The notes under the pieces: generated by a model
Told to the model about the DNA's origin: nothing
The model's input: the letters and a program-made list of their open reading frames with translations, nothing else
The model's database searches: none
Made by a program: the position numbers and the translations under genes
DNA from: Eledone cirrhosa
Lineage: Eukaryota
Assembly (NCBI GenBank): GCA_964016885.1
Contig: OZ024744.1
Coordinates: 37,572,001 to 37,636,000, forward strand
Direction of reading: 5' to 3'
Length of the DNA: 64,000 nt
Shown here: positions 41,904 to 58,279 of the stretch, piece after piece
How the letters are laid out: the number at the start of each line of letters is the position of its first letter
Position numbering within the stretch: the first letter of the stretch is position 1

Positions 41904-42017
41904 TACACATATATATATGTGTATATATATATATACATATATGCGGTGTGTATGTGTGTGTGGTTGTGTGTATCTCTGAGTCTGTGTGTTTGTGTGCAGA
42001 GTTATTTGCCTCTGTAT

Positions 42018-42062
<45 letters not shown>

Positions 42063-42172
42063 TATACAACCTTATACATACATACATACATACATATATA
42101 TATGTATGTATGTATGTATGTATATATGTATGTATGTATATATATTTATATATATATATATATTCATGTATT

Positions 42173-42232
<60 letters not shown>

Positions 42233-42418
42233 TAAGCACTCACACAATACACATATGCCTGCTGAGTGTGTAAGCGATGTGAGCGTACGTCCCAGACAGT
42301 ATGTATGCACTGGCAAGTATTTTATTTCGTCATACAAATGTAAACACGCCTTCTAATCGATAAACCCACTTTGGTTACAGTTCACGTTCTCACAGTAAAT
42401 GTGGTATTGTACTGCAGC

Positions 42419-42477
<59 letters not shown>

Positions 42478-42999
42478 GTGTGTTCGGTAAATGTCACAAG
42501 TCTTTCTGTAGCACAACTGATCTCTAATCAATCTGTTTATACTGGCAGCGACACCTACACATGAAAACGTTAGATGTCTTCCATATTGATTGCACATTTC
42601 CTTGAATTTTATTTTTATTTATATATTACTATTGTTTTGTTTGTTTGTTCATTTGTTTGTTTATTTATTTATGTTATTTTTGTTATTTATTTTTTATTTT
42701 ATTTATTTGTTTATTTGTTAATATTATTTTTTTCTTTTAGAGGGGGGGGGGGGGGGGGTCTTTTTTCTGTATATCTCTATGTTCTTATTTCCATCTAATT
42801 ATCCTTTGGTGTCGTTCATTTTGTCTCGTTTGGCATTACTTGTTTCGTTATTCCTGTTATTAAGCAGAGTTGCGATCAAAGATATTCCAGCCATGCCTAC
42901 CCCACCTAATTTTTCGGTCATCTATGACTTCATGATCAGAAGTATTTTTGTTTTTTGTATTTTTGTCTTTTATTACACTTTTGATGTGACGTTAATGAG

Positions 43000-43212
43000 A
43001 TTTGACTGTTATTTCTAGCGCGTTCTTAGTATTTATTTATGTCGGAATTGGCCGCTATTTATTTATGTCGAAATTGGCTGCTATTTCTAGCACGTTCTTA
43101 GCACTTATTTGTGTCCCAATTTACTGCTATTTCTAGAACGTTTCTTAGTATTTATTTATGTCAAAATTAGCTGCTATTTCTAGCATGTTCTTAGTATTTA
43201 CTTATGTCGCAA
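43000..43212. repeat. About 45-bp tandem repeat GCTATTTCTAGCACGTTCTTAGTATTTATTTATGTCGAAATTGGCT
   Basis: 4-5 imperfect copies. Confidence 0.8.
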
Positions 43213-43756
43213 ATACAAGCTCTCCATAAATATTCTTATTTTGAAATGACGTGACAAAAAGTTATTTCACAAGAAGAATCATTGTGAGGTGTTTCAATTA
43301 GTGTCACAAACAAGAAAGAGCAGCCAAATTTCACTCGGATCACACACCAATATCAACGTTTAAGCCCCGAAATTCGGTAAGCAGCAAGTAACAATATATA
43401 ACTAAATATGACATAGGTAGTTTAACGCTTCTAAAGACTTTCTATCTCCTGACTTTTATTGTCGACAGTTTATATATGATCGTACAAATTCTGAACTAAA
43501 CTTTCCTTGTAATATGAATGTTATAACTTAAAACTGTTTGTTTGGGCTCAGACGGGACCCCATCGGTCTTTGGTGACACTAATATTTTTCTTATTAGGTA
43601 GTTTAAAGTACAAATTTTCTGATAAAGATGTTTATACAGACAGCAAATATGATGTAATTAAAACAATGTTAATTACATTTAATTAGTTTCAATTTCGGAG
43701 TTGTTTCTTCTGCCTTTCATGACTAGAATTAATGATTGGAATAATTTCCTCCTCAT

Positions 43757-43880
43757 TAATAATTGTTTCTACTTTTGGCACAAGGCCAGCAATTACCCAG
43801 TACATTACTGGTACTTTATTTTATCGACCCCCGTAAGGATGAAAGGCAACGTTAACCTCGGTGGGATTTGAACTCAGAAT
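43757..43880 (-). mobile_element. tRNA-SINE family 1, 5'-truncated
   Basis: Reverse complement of core and tail. Confidence 0.85.
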
Positions 43881-44082
43881 GGCATTAATAATGATAATTA
43901 AAATATCTTTGTTTACTATATGAGGAATGATAGCTGTCAAAGATACTCTTAGTTTCCTTTGTAATAGCTTCCTAAGGTCTAGGGACCTTTTTCAAGCGCA
44001 TCCCCTTCTCTTCTCTTTCCTCAATATTTGGGACACACAAACTACGCGCCTCCGCCTGTTTATATCTTTATATCTATCTATC

Positions 44083-44167
<85 letters not shown>

Positions 44168-44338
44168 CTTTATTTGCCTCTAGCGCGCACAAGTAAAGGG
44201 GACAATACAAAGACACATGCCGGGGATTTTACATATAGTCGTGTAAAAAAGAAAATATAAAACAAACAATTATAACAATCGAAATTCCTAATAGGGGAGG
44301 AGACGCCACAAATGTGTTGTTTAATACCCCGTCGATTT

Positions 44339-44386
<48 letters not shown>

Positions 44387-44492
44387 CAGATCAAATGTGA
44401 AGAAGACTGTCGTTCGAACAGGAATTTCGCGACTAGAAATAGGTAGTTTCGACGGCTATTTCCTTACTACACCTCCTTTGTTATATATATAC

Positions 44493-44544
<52 letters not shown>

Positions 44545-44551
<7 letters not shown>

Positions 44552-45157
44552 TTAGTTAAGCAAAACAAGACCACAAATTTCACAAGGAAGACATTATTAA
44601 AAGATTGTCAACATATTTTAGTTTGATGTAAGAAATGTAGAGAATAATAATAATAATATTAATAATAATAATGTCCGTTTACAATTGTTTTGCTACTCCA
44701 TATAATATTTCTGGATCAGATGACTATATATCATTATTGATCTGGTTCAATTGAAAATAATTAACATATTTAAAAACAGAGCGGCTCATCGGAACTTCAA
44801 AGGAATATAAATTAAAATAAGGAGAGAATGTTACATAATATAATGTTCCATATATTGGTATTTCACTATCGTGTCATGGTTGTATCAGTTGTCAGCCTCA
44901 ATCAAGCAGTATCCATCTGTCGAGGCTGCATTGTGTGAGATCTGCTTTTTCAACTGAACCAGATCAATAATGATATATAGTCATCTGATCCAGAAATATT
45001 ATATTGAGTAGCGAAACAATTGTAAACGGACATTATTATTATCAATATTATTATTATTATCTCTATATTCCTTACATCAAACTATAATATGTTGACAATC
45101 TTTAATAATATCTTCCTTGTGAAATTTGTGGTCTTGTTTTGCTTAACTAATGAATAT
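44545..45157. mobile_element. Foldback element with about 210-bp arms and a degenerate HHR with extended stem II
   Basis: Arms 44545-44757 and 44947-45157; CUGUCGA-G-GCUGC..GUAGC-GAAACAAUUGUA. Confidence 0.75.
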
Positions 45158-45321
45158 TTCCAGCTCTTGCGCACCTAACTTCTGCATGAACCCAGCCAGC
45201 TAGCTGCTTTCTACTGCATATTGCACATTGAGCACATGCCTTTACGCTTTGGCTTCTAACTAATTCACCAATCTCTCCCCTCCTATCTCCATCTCTCTCT
45301 TTAAGATTGGTGACTCTAGCA

Positions 45322-45375
<54 letters not shown>

Positions 45376-45511
45376 AAGGCGGGTAAAATTCCCGAGATCC
45401 ATGGACGAGTTCTCTCCAGCGGTCTCTGTCCCTCATTATCGCTGCCATGTCTGTTGGAGACGCAGGACGTATATATATATATATGTATATACATATATAT
45501 ATATATATATG

Positions 45512-45653
<142 letters not shown>

Positions 45654-45820
45654 GTGATGTGTTGGTGGTAGCACAGTCGTCCGGATAACCAAAGATGTGG
45701 GTTCGGCTCCCATGTACGTCAATACTCATCTTTTTCCATTTCTCCGAGGGTTCTTAACCCCACTATCAGGCTAAATAATTTCTTTAATTTCTTTAGTCAA
45801 AATACGGCGATAGCTTACAT

Positions 45821-48665
<2,845 letters not shown>

Positions 48666-48677
48666 TATATATATATA

Positions 48678-48771
<94 letters not shown>

Positions 48772-48783
48772 TATATATATATA

Positions 48784-48948
<165 letters not shown>

Positions 48949-49148
48949 NNNNNNNNNNNNNNNNNNNNNNNNNNNNNNNNNNNNNNNNNNNNNNNNNNNN
49001 NNNNNNNNNNNNNNNNNNNNNNNNNNNNNNNNNNNNNNNNNNNNNNNNNNNNNNNNNNNNNNNNNNNNNNNNNNNNNNNNNNNNNNNNNNNNNNNNNNNN
49101 NNNNNNNNNNNNNNNNNNNNNNNNNNNNNNNNNNNNNNNNNNNNNNNN
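48949..49148. other. Assembly gap (200 N)
   Basis: Run of N after a long (TA)n tract. Confidence 1.
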
Positions 49149-49697
49149 AAAAGACACTACCTAAAAAATAATGAATAGAGAATAGGGTATACATATAGAA
49201 TAACTTTTACGTAGTTAGTACAGCAGCTTCAGATATGATAGCTTCACCATAATTTTCTATGATATCGGTGACTCTTTAATTGTTGGGTTGATAGATGGGT
49301 TTTTAATCTATTTCTAGCGTCGTTTTCTGCCCGTCATATACATTTACTGGTTGATCTACATTGGTGTATAACGTTTACACCTCAGTGGATCAGTAGCGAT
49401 TAATTACGATTACTAATAAGTAAATATTGTGAAACATTTCAAAGATTGGTCTCTGAAGAAATTGTCTTCTCCGTATTGCCTGTTTTATGTATCGAAATGG
49501 TTAATGTTGTTTCTCGACGATTAAAACATCGGTAACGGTGAGATTAATGGCCAAGCTGTGTTATTTTAGGTTTCTTTACTAGGAATCTACCCATCGCTAA
49601 CTTTGTAAAAGTTACTCTATATGTATGTGTCTATATATATATATATATATATATAGCTGAACAAGAAGGAAACAACGAACGCAGACATATATATATA

Positions 49698-49950
49698 CAT
49701 GTTCAAATCGTAATGGACCAAAATCGCTAAGGTGGAAAAAATACTAACTACAGACAATAGGGTTTGCTGGACTCAATTAAGAAAATTAAAAACAAACCAG
49801 TATTGTGGTAACTACCATAACCCAGGCGGTCTTTGATATAGCCGTTTCGCAATATTATTTGTGAAGAGAAATACAAAATTGCAGGCTCATCAGTGGGTGT
49901 TGAAATTATTATACTTCTCACTTCTACTTCTAAATCAAATAGAAAACTGG
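49698..49950 (-). mobile_element. pLTR-like element with HHR motif at 49820-49898
   Basis: ACCCA-CUGAUGA-GC..GC-GAAACGG..CCGCC-UGGGU; homolog of 8580-8870. Confidence 0.65.
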
Positions 49951-50056
49951 AAAGTGTGTGTATATATAACGCACATGGTTCCCCAACTTAGCGTGTCGCG
50001 TAGACTTAGGCCACTAAAAATAGCAGCCAGGTCTACACGGCATATATATATATGTC

Positions 50057-50327
50057 TATAAGTTTATCCCGGGGTTCAATCGGGGGTAACCACAGTAAGT
50101 AAGGTAATCAATACATAGCAGAGTATAACTATTTAATATAGAAATAGCTTCTACAAGACTAGAACTGTTTCATTCGGAGAAATCATCATTTCATTTCTCC
50201 TGAATGAAACAGTTCTAGTCCTGTAGAAGACATTACTAGACATTTCTATATTAAATATGTATACTCTGCTATGTTTGAGCACCTTAATTACTGTAGTGAC
50301 CCCCGATTGAACCCGGGATAAACTTAT
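50057..50327. repeat. Foldback with about 125-bp arms, apex within an HHR remnant
   Basis: GAAACAGUUCUAGUC on both strands; UGAUGA remnant at the apex on the minus strand. Confidence 0.75.
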
Positions 50328-50332
50328 ATATA

Positions 50333-50392
<60 letters not shown>

Positions 50393-50543
50393 CTTAAGGT
50401 AAACATTGATACAATTCAATTCAAGCACTCAACGTACTTATTCCACATAGGAGTGACGGAGTAAATATCGAATAAGGAAAAGCGAAGTAGTTTCAGATGT
50501 TCAAGTCCTTTAATAATAATGCTGTGATATATATTTCAATGGC

Positions 50544-50733
50544 CGGTAGATTGGCAGTATCGGTAGAGAGTCGGACGCCATGCTTTCCAACATAGTTATG
50601 TCCCTTTACGGTCTGAGTTCAAATCCCGCCGAGGTTAACTTTGCCTTTCATCCTTACGGGGTCGATAAAATAAAGTACCAGTAATGTACTGCGTAATTGC
50701 TGGCCTTGTGCCAAAAAGTAGAAACAATTATTA
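50544..50733 (+). mobile_element. tRNA-SINE family 1
   Basis: Full A/B boxes, core and tail. Confidence 0.9.
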
Positions 50734-51957
50734 TTAAAGGACTTGAACATCTGAAACTACTTCGCTTTTCCTTATTCGATATTTACTCCGTCACTCCTAT
50801 GTGGAATAAGTACGTTGAGTGCTTGAATTGAATTGCATCAATGTTTACCTTAAGAATTTAGCTCCAATTAGTTGAGCGCTCTATGATGTAACCGATATAG
50901 TGGAGAAGAGAGGAACCAGCCACCAGCTACACCGGAAATTCCCTCTACCATGGGGATGGAAATCCTGATACTGGAGGGACATAAAAATAACTTTCGGCAG
51001 GATAAATACGCGGAAACAAAAACAACGATAAACCCTTATTTTCCTGCACCAAATAGCATTTGAACAGAAGCCTCCTCAATCCAATCTATATACGGACAAA
51101 TTGACAATCATATTAATCATGTATCTCCTATCTCATTTTGCATATATGTACTGTATGTATTTTTTGCATTTATTGGATACTTTGTGTGTGTTTTTGTTTT
51201 GTGTATTTTATATCTGTCTTTTTTTTTGGGGGGGGGGGGGGGGGTTGTTCCATGTGATGGACATTCTAACTATGTACCCGCCTAACCTTTCATACTGTAA
51301 TTTACCCTCCGTTCTACTGTACGGTACTATCGTTCAGTATGTAGATAATATATCTGTAACATTAATACCCCTTTCAAAACTTCTTACTTTAACATCTCCC
51401 TACGTAGTAGATAGTATAGGTGCACATATTTTTTTTACTCTCTTCAATCTATACATTTTTACTCGATTCAATCTAGATTCTCACTTGTAAATTTTTTAAT
51501 TTTTAATTTTTGTTTTCTGATTTTCGATTTTTAATTTCAGTTTTAATTTCCAACTCTTATTCATAATTTCCACTGTGAAACCATAATACCTGGAATTAAG
51601 TATATTTTCTCTTAGAGGTTGATGGTCAATGCTTAATGTGGGGTGGTATTGAGACCTATTGATACTCACACTCTCCCAACCCCACTGGCTTTCGGCTGAC
51701 TGCCATTGATGGGGTGGCTATATATTACAGGCCTGAATAGGTCATTGTTTGGTTGAGAGGGGGAACTGCCTAGGCGAATTTCGTTGAACTCTGCGGTAGC
51801 TAATGGTCAACTTCCTTCACCTGCGCCTGAGCAGCCCGGTGGAGGTTAATTGGTACTCACAAGGGAACGGATAAAGAACCCAAGAGCACAGACTTCGAAC
51901 GTTCCCATGTCGATTCAATTTGGATTGCCTCGGAAACATAACCTTATTATGTAACAA

Positions 51958-52031
51958 GCTGTCTGACGATGTCGCGGCACTGGTGCACGGAACAGTGTGG
52001 CGACTGTCGCCATTGAAATATATATCACAGC
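51958..52031 (+). ncRNA. Type I hammerhead motif with extended stem II
   Basis: GCUGU-CUGACGA-UG..GCGGCA..UGUCGC-CA-UU-GAAA-UAUAUA-UC-ACAGC. Confidence 0.75.
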
Positions 52032-52130
52032 ATAAAGGACTTGAACTCTGAAAGTACCACGCTTTTCCTTATTCTATATATATATATATATGTATATACA
52101 CACACACACATACACAAACACACACATATG

Positions 52131-52161
<31 letters not shown>

Positions 52162-52169
52162 TATATATA

Positions 52170-52609
52170 AGTTAAAACAATGATATAAAAAATCAAGTCA
52201 TTAGAAATAACTTTGACGGTTGAAAGTTCGCTGGATCGTGAAAAATGTTGAGGCAAATTCAAAGTTCTGTGCGAATATGCAAATGAATGTCCGAAAACCC
52301 GCATATTCACACACAACTTTGAATTTCCCTCAATAAAATGTTTCACTATCCAGCGAATTTTCAACCGTCAAGGTTATTTTCCACGGTTATGTCACTATTT
52401 ATAAAACAAATTTTGTATTTTATCTGATGAAAGCGCACCAAGATTGCCTTGGCTGCCTTTGGAATATATATAATAAAATAATTATGGTTTTATAAATATA
52501 GTTTCTATTTATTAATATATTGAATATTTACTCAGTAAACTCTTGAGTGCTCTAAATCAGTTATAAACTTTTAAGTTTGTTGGAATCCCAACAAATTAAA
52601 TATAACTTC

Positions 52610-52612
<3 letters not shown>
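52170..52612 (+). mobile_element. AAGCGCACC-family element with 5' foldback; HHR at 52416-52480 has GGAA for GAAA
   Basis: Inverted arms at about 52205-52280 / 52301-52378; family homology. Confidence 0.7.
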
Positions 52613-52691
<79 letters not shown>

Positions 52692-52989
52692 GGTGGCTGC
52701 CAACTCGTTTTCGAGTACGGCCACTACATTATATCCATGTAGGAGAGCCTACCGATGCGCTGAACGAGTGTGTCTTTTTAGTCCAGCCAGCGACTTAAAA
52801 ACCATGGTACAAACACTACACTTGTGACAATTATTGACACATAGTGCTGGGCCCATGGTACCATGTGACGACAAGTGCAGAGAGATCTCCAGATATAAAG
52901 CAATGCCTGTGCCGTTAAGCTTTTATAGTGAGTAAAGGCACTGCACAAAGCCAGTCCCACTCTCTTAACCAAGATGATATTTACCAAAA

Positions 52990-53297
52990 AGAAGAACAAG
53001 TCAACATCATTGGATACCATCAGGCTTGCAGGTGATATATCAGAGTTTTCCTTCTCCTAGAATTCTGCCTTGACAAAGGCAAAGGGGTCATCTCTCCAGG
53101 TGATTTTGGATGGCCATTGACTCTTAAGAGCTCCTTTGCCCTTTGACAGGTTTTGTTTTTAGTCCTGCAGGATGTCCAAGGTCACACTCCTCCCCAAGAA
53201 ACCTTGGTGGGGTTGCCAGTTTAGACGCCAACGACCCGACCATGAGACAGGTTGTACTGGGATACATGTTACCAGTAGCACCAACTGGTGACCTGAC
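52990..53297 (-). mobile_element. RTE-like LINE 5' UTR fragment
   Basis: CTAGGAGAAGGAAAACTCTGA motif; related pieces at 8940-9010 and 34165-34270. Confidence 0.45.
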
Positions 53298-53402
53298 ATA
53301 TACATAGATATATGTTTACATATATGTATGTACGTGTACATACTTATATTTAAGTAACAGCCGTACTAAGAGTGGGAAATTAAATTTCGTTTCATTTTTT
53401 CC

Positions 53403-53442
<40 letters not shown>

Positions 53443-53682
53443 TCCATATACTGTACCGATTGTTATTTCTTTTTACTTTTTACACACACACATATATATA
53501 TCATAAATTATGCATATACATATAGATACATAAGTATAAACACATATATGTAGTTAAGTAAATTGTGTCTATTTTTTCTTCACACATGATTATATATAGT
53601 TCTGATTAATTGATTATTTATTCAATTCTTTCTGGATTACGAGGAAAAATTAGGTAAATTTCTCTGTTTGTTCTTCACATTA

Positions 53683-53819
<137 letters not shown>

Positions 53820-53888
53820 TAACATCCTATCCGTAATAAATGACGGGCTGAATAGTAATATTTTATTTAATAATTCCTGATTAAGAGG

Positions 53889-54017
<129 letters not shown>

Positions 54018-54069
54018 CATCCTCTCCCAAATATCATGGTTGTTTTGTAGTCTATATGATAAATTATTA

Positions 54070-54493
54070 GTGGATTGGCAGTATCGGTAGAGGGTCGGAC
54101 GCCGTGCTTTGTAGCATAGAGTTACCCCTCTTTACGGCATGAATTCAAATGCCGCCAAGGTTAACTTTGCCTTTCATCCTTACGGGGTCGATAAAATAAA
54201 GTACCAGTAATGTACTGAGTAATTGCTGGCCCTGTGCCAAAAGTAGAAGCAATTATTATTGCTTACGAAGGCCGGTTGATTGGCACAACCGGTATAGCGT
54301 CAAACACCATGCTTTGCGTCATAGAGTTATGGCCCTTTACCTTCTGATTTAAAATCCCACCGAGGTTGGCTTTGCCTTTCATACTTATGGGATCGATAAA
54401 TATATAAAGCACCAGTAATGCACTGGGGCTGATAAAATCGACTTTCCCCTTTCCCAAAATTGCTGGTCTTTTGCCTAAATCAGAAACCATTAT
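54070..54493 (+). mobile_element. Two tandem family-1 SINEs
   Basis: 54070-54259 and 54270-54493. Confidence 0.85.
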
Positions 54494-54702
54494 TGTCTAT
54501 ATAGTTTTACGTTCTGAATTATAATTCTGCTAATATCAACTTTGTCACATATCCTTCCGGGGTCGGTAATATAAAGTGCCAGCTAAGTTCCTGTGTCGCT
54601 ACCATGGTAATGTCTACTTTTTCCGTTATGGTGGTTCATATGCCCAACCTAATATCACAGTATTTTGTGTAAAAGCTTCTAATTCTGTTTTCAAAATACA
54701 CA

Positions 54703-54758
<56 letters not shown>

Positions 54759-54810
54759 CATATGGAAGATGTGTGAATCCTTGGTGAAATCCTTGGTACA
54801 GTAAGTGTAT

Positions 54811-54980
54811 TCGAAAAAAAGAATGATTTCACTTGTAGTTGGTGTTCTAAACAATTTAATTTTATGATTTTACAATTTACATATATATATATCTACATTG
54901 CAAAGCAAAATTATTGTAACTTTATAGAACTAAATTATTTAGAACTAAACCTGAAGTCTGAAGTCATTCTTTTTTTTCAA
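54811..54980. mobile_element. MITE-like hairpin element
   Basis: Terminal inverted GAAAAAAAGAATGAYTTCA; related copy at 63161-63333. Confidence 0.5.
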
Positions 54981-54993
54981 ATATATATATATA

Positions 54994-55750
54994 CTAGCTA
55001 AACTACCCGTCCCTTGGACGGTTCAAGTAGCTTTCGATGTAGCTCATTAAACTAAACAAAGTAAATTTGAATACATAGAAGAAAAACGTACTTTATGTAA
55101 ACATGAAAACCTTAGGCACTATTCCAGCGAAATAATTAATATGTGAGTTCGGTGTCATCCGTCATAACATGTAACAACAGAAATCCAGTCCAGCTATACA
55201 TTTTTTGACAACAGTAAAAGCGCATCATGAAATAGAGAAGTGAAGTGAATAATAGACACTATTTTGTACAAAGCATAATATTGAAAAAGTATGACATCAC
55301 TTAATGTATGAACATCAAGCTTGAAACGATAAATTATAAAATGTCAAATCTATAACTTAACTTAGTAATCGGTTAGAAATTGTTGGTTATGAAATATACA
55401 AAATGATATTGTTAGTCTCAAGGAAGCGTACCTTTTATTTCAAGTACAAAGAGTAAATTAAAATCCGAATGAGCCGAATTACGAAAGATAACTCTTGTGT
55501 TACTTAAAGATAACTCTTGCCTTACTTAATCACGAAAATTGACACAAATAACGAAAACTTTTTTAATGTCTCCAATGGCCCCAATATCGATTTTTGAAAG
55601 TCTTTGTAGATCATGTACAGGTTTTGTGCAAGGAGAAGCTCTGTAAAAATTTTTAAAGAAATCGCATGAATGGTTTAGAATATATGAGCCCTCATTAAAA
55701 ATTGTCCACACAGACACATACAGAAAACTTCGTCTTTATTTATATACAGA
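54994..55750 (-). mobile_element. Non-autonomous Helitron
   Basis: Minus strand A|TC TGTATATAAATAAA ... CCGTCC(AAG)GGACGG hairpin ... CTAG|T. Confidence 0.7.
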
Positions 55751-55776
55751 TATATATATATAAACACACGCGCGCG

Positions 55777-55835
<59 letters not shown>

Positions 55836-55903
55836 TAAAGTTGAGACAGTAAACAGAAAACAAAGAAACGAGGAAGCGAAGAGGCAGTACAAATGTTAAT
55901 ATT

Positions 55904-55977
<74 letters not shown>

Positions 55978-56539
55978 GGCTGGTTCGATAAATTGATGTT
56001 TTCTTTATATCAAACATACTTGGTCGAGATCTCCTGGCGCGATTTTTAAGTTATCTGAATTTAACCGCCAAATGTGTGATTAGTTCTATCGACTATGCCT
56101 GACAGCCTTTCTATTTGGAATGTCACGTGATGCTGCTGCTGTCTTGGACTTCAAAGTCAGTCACTGCTGCCGTCATGAACATACCTCCTTGTTAGAATAT
56201 TAGGACTAAACTCCGTTGATAATTTGCTCCACTCCTGCTCGCTGTGTGAATTCTCTAGATGTTTTGGGAATATAAAACATAGTTTCCGCGCATTGAGTTT
56301 TGCATATACACACTCCAGATGTGGAGGGAAGTAATGAAACCACGTGGTCCGGGGCAGAAAAATTAATTGTGTTCATACTGTGCACTCTGATATACGGATT
56401 GGTATTCACAAAATACGAGTTCTGTAAAATCATGGAGTGAGTAGCAAATGGTGATCTTGGATGGATTCTATTTGTCTGGTTCGTTAATAATATATATATA
56501 TTTTAACATAGATTGAATAAGTAAACATTATAATACAAC

Positions 56540-56629
<90 letters not shown>

Positions 56630-56744
56630 AACAAGGGGGAGAAGAATACTGCATGGTTGCACATGGATTACATATTATAAAATTAGTCCCTCATCAGTGA
56701 TTTTGCCAACCATCATTGGTATATCATCGCATTATATACATCGC

Positions 56745-56842
<98 letters not shown>

Positions 56843-57120
56843 GAGAGGATTACAGAGTCGGGCTAGATCAATACAGATCGAACCTTGAGCTGATCAGTGG
56901 CGAAACGCGCGTCACCAACCAATAAACTTAATAAAGGAATAACCACTCGTCCTTGTTTTATTTTACTATCTAAACTATAATAAAGAATGTAGTGCGGGAC
57001 TGCGTCCAGATTATATTTTGTTATCCCTTTTGTAAAATAAGTTGGATTACTTTGAATAAATAATGAATGAATATTACATAATATATCTACTAAATTTCGT
57101 TATTATTGATTAAATATAAG

Positions 57121-57310
57121 GGCGGTGGATTGGCAGTATCGGTAGAGGGTTTGACGCCATGCTTTCCAGCATAGTTACGTCCCTTTACGATCTGAGTTCA
57201 AATCCCGCCGAGGTTGACTTTGCCTTTCATCCTTACGGGGTCGATAAAATAAAGTACCAGTAATGCACTGGGTAATTGCTGGCCTTGTGCCTAAAGTAGA
57301 AACAATTATT
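57121..57310 (+). mobile_element. tRNA-SINE family 1
   Basis: 18-bp TSD ATTATTGATTAAATATAA (57102 / 57305). Confidence 0.92.
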
Positions 57311-57712
57311 GATTAAATATAAATAATTTTGTTGCTTATTTTAAGATTCACTTCTTTCTTTATAATTTTCAAATGTCAACACTTCCGGTTAGCGATCGCT
57401 TAAATAAACCTTCATATATTTCCGTCACTAATTTTCTCCTAATGGAGTTTATATATAATATCGTCTTTTTTTAATGTATCATGGATTACGTTACTGATTA
57501 CTATTTCTGTGTATATTGTCAATTACGATATTATTTGATGTATCATATCTACATCATATATACTTACGTATAATATCAATATACACACTACACATGCTAG
57601 CAGAAAACCACCCTAACGGTGGTTTTCTGCTAGTATATATAATGGACTGTAAGATGAGGCAATGAAAAGTAAGTTACCTGGTAATATTTTTGTTTTTGTT
57701 ATTGTTCTTTTT

Positions 57713-57753
57713 TCTGTCCAATATTTCAGGAACTAAAAGTCCCTTCTTCAGAG
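57713..57753 (-). ncRNA. Near-intact HHR motif upstream of the PLE RT
   Basis: CUGAAGA-AGGGAC(UUUUA)GUUCCU-GAAA; triplet degenerate (GAC). Confidence 0.5.
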
Positions 57754-58279
57754 TTTAAGGAACTTTCAGTGAATAATGTTCCAATTTAATCTCGCTGGGA
57801 TTCAATTTTGATTTTCATTAAAGTTTCAAGCGTTTTTTTTGTAATGGTTATTTAAGTTTCCACGAGAAAGACATCAATTACCAATGTAATATTTCGTGAA
57901 TCATTTTTTTTTTCTTGTATAAGTATACTCACGGTAAATATTGATGCAATTCAATTCATGCATGAGATCATGACACTGGTTGCATGAAATCACGTGGCAA
58001 CGTCGACAATTGAACTCTGTATAACAGCCTTATCTATAAAGGACTCTTTAACATCTACAACAACTTCGCTATTTTCTTATTCTATGTATATATATATGCC
58101 TCGTTTTCAATTTCCTCACTTCCGTAAAAAATCCGCCTGCTGTCACCACCCATACTCATATCACTTCCAGCCCTATCTCCTCTATCCCGCCACCTGCCAA
58201 CCTGCCACTCAATCTGCACACGCTTTGCCCAACCACCTTGACCCCTCCGCCTCCGCCTCTTTCACTCCTTCACTGTAGT

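Larger units (their letters stand above)
50393..52073 (+). mobile_element. Non-coding pLTR-type element: inverted end, SINE at the apex, about 1.3-kb unit with terminal repeat
   Basis: 50393-50520 inverted versus 50728-50854; 50735-50776 repeated at 52034-52073. Confidence 0.7.

Noticed and set aside
53205-53297. Possible HDV-like ribozyme in the RTE-like 5' UTR
   Set aside because: Could not build P1 and P1.1 convincingly; needs a covariance-model search
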